Assembly: GCA_964618805.1 (NCBI GenBank)
Contig: CAZUBM010000022.1
Coordinates: 1 to 33,269 of the forward strand
Reading direction: 5' to 3'
Length of the DNA: 33,269 nt
Source: an uncultured Nitrososphaerota archaeon
GTDB taxonomy: Archaea > Korarchaeota > Korarchaeia > Korarchaeales > Korarchaeaceae
Under the pieces are notes generated by a model. The model had not been told where the DNA came from. It made no database searches and was given only the letters and a program-made list of their open reading frames with translations. The translations under genes were made by a program, and so were the position numbers. Position 1 is the first letter of the stretch, and each line of letters begins with the position of its first letter. Below, piece by piece: positions 9,379-19,968 of the stretch.

Positions 9379-9419
9379 CGCTTATCGAAACAAGGCTAAA
9401 GAAAGTAAAATAGACTCTT

Positions 9420-11254
9420 CTACCGGATGGGAACTCCTTCTCTCTCTAATGCCCTCAGGATTTCTTCCAAGCCGAGTTCTATTAGTTTAGCTTTTGTCGG
9501 AATTCCAGTCTCTAGGTCCCATCTCCTTTCAGCATAGTAGTTTTCTAACGCAGCATCAAATTCTTTTTTATCTACTATTCCTCCTGATCGTAAGGGTTCG
9601 TTGTAAAATCTCTCTGGTAAGACATCGCTTCTGCGGCTAACCCCCTCTCTTACACCGAAACACCTTTGAACATTCCAAATCCTTTCTCCAATTCTTAGCA
9701 GATCATCAGGGCTAACCTTCCATCCGACAACATATTCAATAATCTTGGAAAAGAAATCTAGATACGTATGATAAGAAAGCCATGGAAATATATGAAAACA
9801 GATACATAGAGAATCTAATAATACTGACGAAAACTGTTGCTCGGTTGTACAACCAGTTTCATGACGTGCACCACTTTCAGTTACATAAGGCAGACCAAGC
9901 GCATAAGTGGGAGAGTGCTCCTTTCTCACTCTTGGATCTGCAAATGGAAGCTCCATACCCTTCACGTGCATAGCATATTTCTCAGCACCCTTACCTATTC
10001 TCTCAGCAGCTATTCTAGAACCCTCAGCAAGTACATCTCCAATCCCCTCTCTGTAAGCTATGGCCTTTATTAGATCAAGCATAGCTTCCCCATTTCCCCA
10101 TTTTAAGTCTAGATCGTTTAATTCGCTCTTCTTAAGAATACCTTTCTCATAACACTCCATCGCAAACGAAATCACGCCTCCAGTAGATATTGTATCCATT
10201 CCTAACTCATCACAGAGCGAATTAGCTTTTAATACGATTTCTGGGTCAAACACTCCACAGTTGGTGCCGAGAGCTGCCACATTTTCTAACGAGGGAGATC
10301 TACCAAGAGTGCCAGCATATTTTCCATCTCTTATAAGCGCTATGTGCTTATCAAACCCATAGCAGCCAAAACATGCCCATTTCCTGACGTAAAATAGCTT
10401 CTCGAAATTGTAACTACTTATTTTCCAATACTCTGGGTGTGTGGCCTCCTGAAAGTTTCTAACTTTGGCTCCTTCTACATTAATGTAATAAGAGTAGCGA
10501 CAGGGGTTGTCCCACCTGCTATAAATGTAAAGCTCATTGGGATTTTGACCGAGCTTTGCGCTCCTCATGTTTCTCAGATGTTCCATAAGCATGTCATAGG
10601 CCTTGCGCAGTCCTTCCCTATTTAATACTGGGAACCCCTTTGTTCCGTAAACTGCTACAGCCTTTAGTTTTTTTGAGCCCATAACTGCACCAAGACCTGC
10701 ACGTCCATATGCAGCATAATACGCTGTCATAACATTCGCAAACCTTACTAGTCTCTCCCCAGCTGGACCTATGCAAAGAATCTGTAAGTGTGGATCATTT
10801 AAATCCTTTTTGATCGTTTCTATTGTTTCGGTAACGTTCAAATTCCATAAAAATGTTGCATCCTTTAATTCGCAGTTACCATCTACTACATGCAAATAAA
10901 CAGGTTTCTTAGACTTTCCAACAAAGATTATGCCGTCATATCCAGCAAACTTCAGCATGGGTCCAAAGTAACCGCCTGCACTAGCTTGTCCCACTAACCT
11001 AGTCAAAGGAGACTTTGAAACGAGATGAATGCGTGTACAAGGAAGACCAGTGAGAGGTCTTCCCATTAGGATCATGGGGTTCTCGGGAGCGAATGGATCG
11101 ATTCCCTTTTTAGTCATCCTGAAGAGAAAATAGGTTCCAAGACCACGTCCGCCCATGAACTTCATCTCAGTAGTAAGGTCAATCGATTTTTTTCGATGCT
11201 TCCTTCTTCTAAGTTTACCTCTAGAATTTTTCCCGTATAGCCGCCAACATGCAC
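9420..11254 (-). CDS. aor: Aldehyde:ferredoxin oxidoreductase family protein (main ORF 9420-11165; N-terminus frameshifted)
   Basis: GYTGKILEVNL (upstream frame), GGRGLG, KSPLT, LKFAGYD, IGPAGE, GRAGLGAVMGSKKLKA, CFGC, DELGMDTIS, VKGMELP. Adding one A to the A7 run at 11187-11193 joins the frames. Confidence 0.9.
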
Positions 11255-11261
11255 TTGAGAC

Positions 11262-11708
11262 TCACCTCTTGTTTGAATGATGGTAAACAGTTCTCCTAAG
11301 TATCTGGGCAATTTTTTCAGGAGGATCGAAAATTTTCTCTCCAGGTTCGCCCCAGATGTTTGGACCAAAGCGACATTCTAGTGCTCCTGTGGGACAGGCT
11401 TTGACGCATCGAATCTCACCATCGCAAAGATCACAGATGAGAGGATACTTAAGTTTGGGATGGAAAAATATCGCTTTTGCAGGGCAGGCTTCTGAACAAC
11501 TACCACAAGTAATGCATTTCGTTTTATCTACAATAATTGCGCCAGTCTTATCACTAATGGATATTGCTGCTACCGGACAGGCTTCTATGCAGGGAGCTTC
11601 GTACCCAAATGAACTTGAGCAGCCCCTGCAAGAAACAGGTATATCTATCCCTGGATAATGGAAAACTCTTATTCTCGATAGAGCTGGGTTTATAACTCCG
11701 TAATGGAA
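11262..11708 (-). pseudogene. 4Fe-4S dicluster electron-transfer subunit of the AOR operon, 5'-truncated
   Basis: Not in the ORF track. Reads FHYGVINPALSRIRV...CRGC...PCIEACP...CITCGSCSEACP...CDLCDG..RCVKACPTGAL with no start codon. Confidence 0.85.
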
Positions 11709-13679
11709 GGAGCTATTGAGATAGCAAAATTACGGTTTTGGCTCTGGCTAATTTCTCAGGTAGATCCAATTAAAGTTGAAGGTAAGAAATTAGAGACTTT
11801 ACCTAATTTAGATTTCAATTTAATGGTTGGGAATTCCCTAATTGGTTTCGTTAATATCGAAGACATTGAGTTTGATTTTGTAAGAAAGCAGAAAACCCTG
11901 ACTTCCTGGTTGGGAGAAAGTAAGATAGAATGGTTAAAAAATCTGGCAAAAGAAAAAAAGAAATTTAAAACCTTACCTGCTCCAATAGCCATAAAGTTAA
12001 GGGAGAAATTAAATAAGGAGTTAGAAGCTGCTAGGGAATTCTTGAATGAAGAATTTTATAACAGTATTAGTACGATAATTATAAACTATATTAGGAGCAT
12101 TCAGAAAAAATATAATAAATTTAGAAAAAATAATAAAGAGATTGAAAAATTAAAAGCTGAAATTAAAAGCACGTTCGGTAAAGACTTATTTAACAAAATA
12201 ATTACTGTAAACTTGAATAATAAAGAAGAAATGAAAGCCCTTGGCTACGAACTATTTAAATATCTTAAACCATTTCATTGGGGATTTGAATTCTATGAAG
12301 TGTTTGATCTTGAAAGATCTAGCGATGAAAGAGGATTTGATGTGATAATTGGGAATCCACCTCATGGTAACCTCCTTAGCGACATCGAAAAGATGTGGAT
12401 TAGGAAGATTCATAAATACTCTCAACCTAACAATATAGCAGAAGTTTTCTTAGAAAGATGCTTTAGTCAGCTTAAAATTCATGGCAGAATAGGTTATATT
12501 ATCCCAAAAACCATCGGATTTTATCATTCTTGGAATAAAATAAGAGACTTAATTCTAAATGGCCATCTATTAGAGAGCATTTTAGATGTAGGTATTGGTT
12601 TCATCGGAGTAATCGCCGAACAGTTATGTATTATAATCCAAAAAATTTCTTCTCATGATAAAGAAAGGATCAAAGAAAACAATGTACGAATATATGTAGG
12701 AGAACCGTTAAAGTCGGCAACTCATGGAAAGCAAATAAAATTTGTCGGAAATGTACCTCAAACTTTCATGCAAATGCATAATGTGCTCATATTTAGACCG
12801 TTGAACCGCATAGAAAGAGACATAATTAAACACATAGACACTCATTCAACTAAGTTTAGAGAAATATATGAAAGAGCATTTCGTGGTCTTTTTATCTATG
12901 AAAAGGAGAAAAGTAAATATATTGGGAAAGGGTCCGTTTTCTTTATAGAAAAAGAACCTGCTATTCAACAATTTTATGTAAAAGATTGGACAACTATAAT
13001 GATAAAACCTTTATGGAAGAAGAAAGTTAAAGAAATTCTACAACCAAAGCTAATCTTTAAAGTTTTAAGGGGAAGTAGGATTGTGGTTTTCTGCGATTAT
13101 GAGGGAAAATTTCTTACGACAAGCAATATAAGTAACGTTGTATTGAAGGATCAATATAAGCATCTTTTATCCTCTTTAGAGGTGATTCTTAATTCACCTT
13201 TACTCTCTTTTTATGCCCAGAAAATGTTGTTTAGTGAAACAACGGAAAGTGCAAGGCATTGGGATGATCCTTATGTAGGTGAATTACCTATAATAATTCC
13301 TTCGAAACCTTTTAGAATAGCAGCAAGTCAACTCGGGCACTATCTCCACTTTTTGAAAAAATATTATTGGGATAAATTCCTAAGTAAAAATTGTAAGGGC
13401 TTAGAAATTGAAAATCTACTTAACGAACTCACGCGGATTGTCAATTGCTTAGTTTATGAATTGTATTTTAAAAAAAAATTCAAACAAAACGGAATAAAAA
13501 CAGAACTTCTTAAATTAGTAAAGCAATATTTTAGAGACACCTCTGATCTTAAATCAGATATCCAAAGACTCCAGGTCATCAAAGAAGTTGTTGAAAATAT
13601 CAAAAACGATAAAAGAATCATGGATTTGATAAGTAGAATAAAATCTCATCCTTGGGTTAGGGTTATTGAGGGGCGCTAA
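11703..13679 (+). pseudogene. Type IIG/Eco57I-like RM enzyme, C-terminal half (MTase motif IV and TRD)
   Basis: AIEIAKLRFWL, LPNLDFN..GNSL, PFHW..EF, GFDVIIGNPPH and a TaqI-C-like TRD. Lacks motif I and the REase domain; visibly AT-rich. Confidence 0.8.
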
Positions 13680-13807
13680 AAGATGAAGCCGAAAAGTTCA
13701 AGTAGTTTAATTCTTTGCTTAGAGATTACATTCTCATTTTCGTGAAACGCACCTTTCACGCAACCATTAGATATAAGTTTAGGCCTTCTTTCCAATGGGA
13801 AAAAGAG

Positions 13808-14014
13808 ATGGCTATTATTGCAATCCTATGGAAAGAGGAGGACATGTATGTAATTCAAGACGTTAACACGGGAGTTACAACGCAGGGAGAAACGCTAGAA
13901 AAAGCAATTGAAAATTTAAAGGAGGCCGTCTCTTTATATCTAGAAGAGGCATCTGAAGAAGAGTTAGGGCTTCAAAACAGGGAGATAGTTGCCATTCTGA
14001 GGATAGAAGGCTGA
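13808..14014 (+). CDS. HicB/UPF0150 antitoxin (orphan; MKLP stub of HicA at 14019)
   Basis: ILWKEEDMYV...VTTQGETLEKAIENLKEAVSLYLEE. Confidence 0.85.
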   Translation: MAIIAILWKEEDMYVIQDVNTGVTTQGETLEKAIENLKEAVSLYLEEASEEELGLQNREIVAILRIEG

Positions 14015-14114
14015 TCTAATGAAACTACCTTCTTGGAGTTTCCCTCTCTAATCGCCCTTAACAGCGATAAGCTTAAGGAAGAGGTTTGAGCTGAGCTCTG
14101 TCAAGCCTAAGAGT

Positions 14115-14538
14115 CTAGTCGGTTATCCTTTTTACGAATGGGATGTTATCGAAGTGCTTATCAAAGCTGTAAACCTCTTTAATACCCTTCTTCTTGCATA
14201 TTATCGAGGCTAACGCATCATTAGGACTTACCCTATATCTCTCCGATATTACAAGCGATTCTTCGTAGTCTCCTCTTTCAACACCACATATCTCCAAGTT
14301 GGTCATCGCTAGCAAGCTTTCTAGTAGTTCCAGACTTTTAGAAAGACCAGATCTTGCTTCAACTATATTTATTATCTCAGATAGGTGGACAACCGATGTT
14401 AGAACTCTCTCGCCTTTATCTACTCTTCTTAGCATCTCTTTAGCCTTCTCCTTAGCTTTGGCTTCTTTTTCAGGTAGCCTCTTTTTTTGGTTTCAAATAT
14501 GCGTACAGAAAGACGGATGAGTCAAGGTACCTAACCAT
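14115..14538 (-). pseudogene. vapC: VapC PIN toxin, frameshifted paralogue of 17293-17715
   Basis: MVRYLDSSVFL start at 14538; A7 run at 14482-14488 where the paralogue has A6; PNDAL and YSFDKHFD motifs. Confidence 0.85.
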
Positions 14539-15574
14539 ACAAGGCCTCCCGAACCTTGTGGACATCTGAGAAGTCTTCTACTTCAACGCGCGCACTTTCT
14601 AATGCCCTTCTCAGCACTTTCTCGAAGCTTTTCTCATCATGAGGTCTTCCTTCATCCATACTCCTTCTTATTTCGGGCCATATTTCTCTGCAATAATCTT
14701 TCAATCCTTTTAGGAGGAGATCACCTCTGAACCAATTGTTAGATACGGGAATCAGTCTATATAGGGTCCTGCGCCACGCTTCTAGCATTGTAAACGGTCT
14801 TAGCATGAACTCAGATGCTGAGAAAACATTGCATTTTCCCTCCCCAATTTTCTTGAGGGAGTTAAGCCATTTAACTCCTTCATCACATCTCATGAGGTGA
14901 TGATCAACTATGAGGCTTCCGCATGAATTTACCAGTTTTGATGCCCTTGAAAGGTAGCTCTTCATGTATTCTCTGTCTAATCTGTAGAGGGAGGGACCAT
15001 CGGCTATTATAAAATCCGGATTTATCCTCTTGGCAGCTCTGATCACTTCCCAGCTTGAAATATCCGCATCTGAGAGGTGCAACAATGTTCCATCTTTCCT
15101 CACGATGGTACCTAGGACCATGGTATTCGATCTTCCTGTGTGAGGAAAGGGACCGATAAACTCCAGCAGGCCATCTCCCACACCCGGTTTAGCTTCAACC
15201 ATTTGATCACCGAACCTCCTCTTTAATGCCGTAAACCTTATTCTCTCTACTCCTCTGCAGAATTTCTCAGCCTTTACCCAAATTCTAGCATCGCTGTTGG
15301 AAGGAAGTACCTCTATTCCCAATTGAAACGGATTTGGATTCAGTAAAGGGATATGATCTCCATGAAGATGGCTTATAATTATATCCTCAGCGCTCTCCCA
15401 TGCGCTAACTATCTTACCTTTAACTTCATCTCCAACGACCGCTTGAACTGGGTGAGGATGAAGATTATAGCGGGAGAATCCCAATGCTACTCCTGGATCT
15501 ATTAATATTCTATCTATGGATGTAGAGAGGCCCCTAACTCCGAGGGTCTCTGTTCCGAGTATCTCTATCTCCAT
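14531..15574 (-). CDS. MBL-fold metallo-hydrolase (UPF0282-like) with a fused antitoxin tail
   Basis: ETLGVRG, IDPGVALG, ISHLHGDH, PH, SD, DHHLMR. The last ~18 aa match the C-terminus of AbrB 17708-17935. Confidence 0.85.
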   Translation of the reverse strand: MEIEILGTETLGVRGLSTSIDRILIDPGVALGFSRYNLHPHPVQAVVGDEVKGKIVSAWESAEDIIISHLHGDHIPLLNPNPFQLGIEVLPSNSDARIWVKAEKFCRGVERIRFTALKRRFGDQMVEAKPGVGDGLLEFIGPFPHTGRSNTMVLGTIVRKDGTLLHLSDADISSWEVIRAAKRINPDFIIADGPSLYRLDREYMKSYLSRASKLVNSCGSLIVDHHLMRCDEGVKWLNSLKKIGEGKCNVFSASEFMLRPFTMLEAWRRTLYRLIPVSNNWFRGDLLLKGLKDYCREIWPEIRRSMDEGRPHDEKSFEKVLRRALESARVEVEDFSDVHKVREALYG

Positions 15575-15890
15575 TCCTTATTACATTCCATTGTTAACTT
15601 AAATGAGTTTGGTCTAAGATTCAGCTAAACAGCACATGGTATGCTCAGTTAAGGGGCAAGTACTGCAGTCATGAGATCAAATCTCCATAGGAAGTTACCT
15701 GGGTTGAATGGAAAAAACCAAAGCTAGCATTATAAAGGGAGGAAGAGGGTAGAAATTCCTCCGCACGATTTTGAAAGAGATGTGCGGATTAGCATTGGTA
15801 GCCGATAGATCAACGACTTGAGCCAAAGAACATGAACGAAGAGTTGAAGAAAAGCTATAATTTATAAACTATAATCTGTTAATTACAGTT

Positions 15891-16097
15891 ATGTCCCAAA
15901 AGACCGTACAGGTAGGAGAAAGCACTTATAGATTACTTAAAAGGCTAAAAAGGAAAATGGGGGCCAGAAGCTTCGGAGAAGTGATTGAGAAACTCGCTCT
16001 AAAGGAACTAGGCATTGACGACAGCATGTTTGGTGTCGATAAGGGGAGGCTCACCCCCTTCAAGAAGGAAGACAGGATGGAGGATAGGACATGGTAG
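15891..16097 (+). CDS. vapB: VapB-family antitoxin
   Basis: KTVQV.ESTY..L..LK...SFGEVI..L; SMFGVD; overlaps the PIN gene. Confidence 0.85.
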   Translation: MSQKTVQVGESTYRLLKRLKRKMGARSFGEVIEKLALKELGIDDSMFGVDKGRLTPFKKEDRMEDRTW

Positions 16098-16495
16098 TGT
16101 TCGACACATATGCCTGGATCGAGTACTTCATCGGGAGTGAGAAAGGACGGAAGGTTAGGGAATTTCTCATAAAAGAAGATGGTAAGACGCCTTCGATAGT
16201 TCTAGCCGAGATAGCGAGGAAGTACTTGAGAGAGGGGTTTGAGAAGGGAGAAATCAGGAAGAGGCTGGAGTTCATCGCCGCCAGAACCGAAATCATCAAT
16301 ATAGACGTGAGGATTTCGATGAAAGCAGCTGAACTTTATCTCAGGCTTCTTGACCACGCCAAGAAAGGGGGTTTAAGGACTCCAAGTTTGGCAGACGCCT
16401 TAATCTATGCCATGGCTTTGCTGAGCGGAGAACGCCTTTTAACGGGAGATAAGCTGTTCAAGGGACTGACTAAAGTGGAATATATAGCAGACTAG
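16091..16495 (+). CDS. vapC: VapC PIN-domain toxin
   Basis: VFDTYAWIEY, LAEI, SLADALI, LLTGDKLF. Confidence 0.92.
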   Translation: MVVFDTYAWIEYFIGSEKGRKVREFLIKEDGKTPSIVLAEIARKYLREGFEKGEIRKRLEFIAARTEIINIDVRISMKAAELYLRLLDHAKKGGLRTPSLADALIYAMALLSGERLLTGDKLFKGLTKVEYIAD

Positions 16496-16570
16496 TTAAA
16501 TTCTTAAGATAAAGTTATTTCCAGCCTTAAGCTTATTCGTGAAAAGCTCCCTTCACGAAAGTTGGTAGAT

Positions 16571-16834
16571 TCATACGCGTCTATATGCTTTTTCCCTTCT
16601 TCTTATCCTTAAAACAACAACCTTTCTTCTCTTCTTATCCACAAGATAGACTATCCTTATGTCGGCAACTCTTACTCTGTAAATCCTTTCTCTCCCTCTG
16701 AGCTTCTCGTATGGAAGGGAAAATGGATCTTCCTCTAAGGAACGTAAAACCTCGATCACTTTCTTCCGAAGCCTCTTTTCCATCAGCTCTAAGTTCTTAA
16801 TTTCTCTTTTCTTAACCTCTACAGCCCAAGGCAA
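16571..16834 (-). CDS. relE: RelE/ParE-family toxin
   Basis: YEKLRG..IYRVRVADIRIVY...RRREKAY. Confidence 0.9.
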   Translation of the reverse strand: MPWAVEVKKREIKNLELMEKRLRKKVIEVLRSLEEDPFSLPYEKLRGRERIYRVRVADIRIVYLVDKKRRKVVVLRIRRREKAYRRV

Positions 16835-16841
16835 GACTTTT

Positions 16842-17033
16842 TCACTCCTCTATTTCTGAAATGGGAACTGTATCGAGCTCTCCTTTTTCGTAAGCTTCGA
16901 TGTCTCTGTCTAGTTCCGCAAGCTCTTCCTTGGTGAGAGAAAAGAAGCCCATGAAGTTTTCTATTCTCTCTGCAAGATGTTCAAGCTCCTTTCTTATTGC
17001 TTTGAGTTCCTTGACGATCTCCTCTAAGGACAT
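16842..17033 (-). CDS. RelB-like coiled-coil antitoxin
   Basis: Small acidic ORF directly upstream of relE; paralogue at 30672-30863. Confidence 0.75.
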   Translation of the reverse strand: MSLEEIVKELKAIRKELEHLAERIENFMGFFSLTKEELAELDRDIEAYEKGELDTVPISEIEE

Positions 17034-17152
17034 CCCTCTTTCCTCGCAAAATATTCGTCTTTTTATTCTTAAAGCCTACTCTCAGACGCCTATAAATAGT
17101 AGAAGAAGTGGTGATTAGCGCAGTCTACAAACTGGAGAGGACATGAGACGAC

Positions 17153-17246
17153 TCTAGGAGCGAAGCCCTAAGGGAACTAATTAGGCCTGGTATAAAGAGT
17201 TTGAAGGGCATGTTTGAGGTAGCAGGGATCGTGATGAAGCTCGAAG
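17153..17246 (+). pseudogene. Internal fragment of an RHH antitoxin (copy of 31508-31601)
   Basis: tctaggagcgaagccctaag...gtgatgaagctcgaag aligns with 31508-31601. Confidence 0.8.
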
Positions 17247-17292
17247 TTCAAGGACCTCTAACGCCATCGATGTCTAATACTAAACCAAAAAG

Positions 17293-17715
17293 TTAGTCAA
17301 TTATCCTTTTTACGAATGGTATGTTGTCAAAGTGCTTATCAAAGCTGTAGATCTCTTTAATACCCTTTCTCTTGCATATTATTGAAGCCAAAGCATCGTT
17401 AGGACTCACTTTATACCTCTCCGCTATTACAAGCGATTCTTCATAGTCCTCACTTTTGACTTCATCTATTTCCAAGTTAGCCATCGCTAGCAAACTTTCG
17501 AGAAGTTCTAAACTCTTAGAAAGACCAGTTCTTGCTTCAACTATGTTAATTACTTCAGATAAATGAACAACTGAAGTTAAGACGTTCTCGCCTTTATCTA
17601 CTCTTCTTAGTATCTCCTTAGCCTTCTCCTTAGCCTTTGCTTCTTTTTGCGATAACCTCTTTTTTGGCTTCAAATACGCAAACAAAAAGACGGAGGAGTC
17701 TAGGTATCTAACCAT
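17293..17715 (-). CDS. vapC: VapC PIN-domain toxin
   Basis: YLDSSVFL, HLSEV, PNDAL, YSFDKHFD. Confidence 0.92.
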   Translation of the reverse strand: MVRYLDSSVFLFAYLKPKKRLSQKEAKAKEKAKEILRRVDKGENVLTSVVHLSEVINIVEARTGLSKSLELLESLLAMANLEIDEVKSEDYEESLVIAERYKVSPNDALASIICKRKGIKEIYSFDKHFDNIPFVKRIID

Positions 17716-17935
17716 ATAAGGTCCCTCTTACCTTATGAACATCTGAGAAGTCTTCTACTTCGATCTCTATTGCGTCGAAAAGATCGGAAAGTTTCAACCT
17801 CTTTCTTAAGGGTCTAATTAAGATCTCCTTATCGCTTATCTTAACCATTATGACCCTCTCACCCCAATTTTTCCTCCAATCAGAAGGAATTGTAATTCTT
17901 CCCATTTTATCTAAATTTCTCAAAATGACTTTCAT
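17708..17935 (-). CDS. AbrB/MazE-type antitoxin
   Basis: LDKMGRITIPSDWR...ILIRP. Confidence 0.88.
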   Translation of the reverse strand: MKVILRNLDKMGRITIPSDWRKNWGERVIMVKISDKEILIRPLRKRLKLSDLFDAIEIEVEDFSDVHKVRGTLYG

Positions 17936-18238
17936 TTTCCAAAATGATTAGAAAATGGTAAATATAAATATTTCAGAATCATTCTTAAGGATTCGATTGA
18001 GCACTGATATAAGGAAGCAGATTTCTTTTCTTTGTTTTTCAGCGCGCTCACGCGCCGACTCTGGGCTTGCCAAAAAAAGGCAAGTGGGTTCAGAGTGCTA
18101 GAGCTGAGAGATTATTGAAGTCAAATGATTCCATCTCGTACTGTGAATAATGAAAGATCTATGCATTGTAAACCCTCAAATCCATTGTGCGCATCAGCTT
18201 CCTTTCTGGTCACTATTATTCTCTTTCCCTAATTGTAA

Positions 18239-18385
18239 TCACTTTCTTTTCCAAAGCAACAGAATTATTACAAATGCGGCAACAACAATCCCGCTGATGG
18301 CTGGAATGACTAACTTCATTTTAAATGGCGAAGGAGACGGTGATAGTGAGGGTGCTGGTTGAGTTGGAGATGGAAGAGGGGTCTG
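18239..18385 (-). pseudogene. C-terminal Pro/Ser/Thr linker and membrane anchor of a surface protein (fragment)
   Basis: TPLPSPTQPAPSLSPSPSPF + hydrophobic helix + WKRK; the upstream part of the ORF is antisense of duplicated DNA. Confidence 0.55.
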
Positions 18386-18591
18386 AAGAAGAGTTGGGAC
18401 TTCAAACAGGAGATGATTGTAACATTCAGCTACCTGATTACCTAATCTAGATCTAGAGATATCTCTCATCATTAAAGTCATTCATTATTCTTATTGAAGA
18501 AAGTTTAAGCCGTTTCTGAGAAAGGGTTAAGAGCATTATAATAGACGTTAGAAAAGAAAAAAGAACTAAGCGTATCCTGGAGAGGATCCGT

Positions 18592-19242
18592 TTGATTTCA
18601 AGCGTACTTATAGGCCTTGGGCTTTGGCTGCTAATTTTCCTGCCAAGCTCTGCTATAGGTGGTCTCCTGTCGAAAACGAGGTTAAGGAAGAACGCTGCCT
18701 TAGTGGGTGCTGTTGTTCAAGTGTTGTTCATTGTTCTTTCCATTCTTGTAGTGCTTTTCCTCCTTGGAGCTGACTTCAAAAGTTTTGGGTTCAAGGTAGA
18801 TGTGTTTCACACGTTGAACTCGTTAACGGTGTCGCTCCCAATAGCCTTATTGCTGGCATTTCTATCAAGCCTTTTGACTAAGTCGGAGGCGTATAAGCCT
18901 CGCTTTCTTCCCGAGAACTTCCTCTTCTTAGCGTTGCTTGCATTGTTGCTGGCCCCTCTTGCAGAGGAGCTTGTCTATAGAGGCGTACTTGAGGGCTACC
19001 TTCTTAAGAGCACCAGTACTTGGGTTGCCATTGCTCTACCAGCAGCTCTCTTCGCTTTGCAACACATAACTCCATTCTCATCAGCTCCAAGAAAGGTTCT
19101 TGTATTAGTAGTTGTTAACGCGCTAGTGCTTGGCATTCTGGCAGGATACTACAGAGCGGCTGGTCAGTCCATTATGCCAGCGATAACTGTTCATGCAACA
19201 TTCAATTTGGCCGGCATCGTGGTAGAGAAGGTCTGCGCTTAA
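18592..19242 (+). CDS. CPBP/CAAX (Abi) intramembrane metalloprotease
   Basis: APLAEELVYRG, LFALQH, HATFN motifs; multiple TM helices. Confidence 0.92.
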   Translation: MISSVLIGLGLWLLIFLPSSAIGGLLSKTRLRKNAALVGAVVQVLFIVLSILVVLFLLGADFKSFGFKVDVFHTLNSLTVSLPIALLLAFLSSLLTKSEAYKPRFLPENFLFLALLALLLAPLAEELVYRGVLEGYLLKSTSTWVAIALPAALFALQHITPFSSAPRKVLVLVVVNALVLGILAGYYRAAGQSIMPAITVHATFNLAGIVVEKVCA

Positions 19243-19314
19243 ATTCCTAGCGCCCCCTCCTGTACTAGAGCCTAACCCTCCCAAGTTCGTGGTCGCACAG
19301 AAGAAATCTGGCTC

Positions 19315-19968
19315 CTACCTGCCAGAGCCTGGGGAGGACCTTGACCCTTTCTTCAGCTTCAAGATTCCCAGCTTCTCAAGGATGCGCAGGATCTTCTCCC
19401 TCTCCCCCTCCTCGAAGGGCTCCAGCCCCTCGTAAATGGCCCTCCTGTCCACCTTAATTATTCCAAGGTCCGAAAGCTCTTTTATCAACATAAGCGTCTC
19501 GTAGTCGCTCCTCCTGCCCATCCTGGCCTTCTGTATTATGTGATCCTCTATCCTCATGACCCTTATCTCGGTCCCCTCCACCTCCACCCTCAAGGCCCTC
19601 TCTAGGCACTTCTCGGGTATGTAGATGTCGAGCACATTTGCAAGAACCTCTATTGTTCCTGAGCCCTCCTCCAGGCTGAACCCTATAACCCCGGTTCCGA
19701 ACTCGGTAACGCCAAAGCTCCAGCCTAGCTCCTTGCACACCTCATAGAAGAGCTCCCTTTCCTCCATCGGGCTTGTTCCGGGGATGAACACATCAACATC
19801 CTTTGTCCTCCACTCTACTCCGTAGCCGACGGATAGCACCATGTTCCCGACGAGCATGATCTCGTATCCCCTCTCTTTCATGGCCATCGCCAAGAGGGAA
19901 AGGGCCTTCAGTCTTGCCTTCTCTTCAGCTCCTCCACTAACTCCCTTTCCTCCCTCAGATCCCTGCAA
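19315..19968 (-). CDS. Pol-beta-family nucleotidyltransferase (DUF2204/AbiEii-like), putative type IV TA toxin; start uncertain
   Basis: MLVGNMVL...RTKDVDVF, IEVL, EDHIIQKARMGRRSD. Confidence 0.8.
   Translation of the reverse strand: MQGSEGGKGVSGGAEEKARLKALSLLAMAMKERGYEIMLVGNMVLSVGYGVEWRTKDVDVFIPGTSPMEERELFYEVCKELGWSFGVTEFGTGVIGFSLEEGSGTIEVLANVLDIYIPEKCLERALRVEVEGTEIRVMRIEDHIIQKARMGRRSDYETLMLIKELSDLGIIKVDRRAIYEGLEPFEEGEREKILRILEKLGILKLKKGSRSSPGSGR

Noticed and set aside
11356-11658. 100-aa plus-strand ORF
   Set aside because: Antisense shadow of the minus-strand ferredoxin gene.
13715-13807. N-terminal extension of HicB in the ORF track
   Set aside because: Family similarity starts at ATG 13808; the extension covers the likely promoter region.
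18066-18084. Hairpin CTTGCC-A7-GGCAAG as a terminator
   Set aside because: Short stem with no adjacent gene end; archaeal terminators do not need hairpins.
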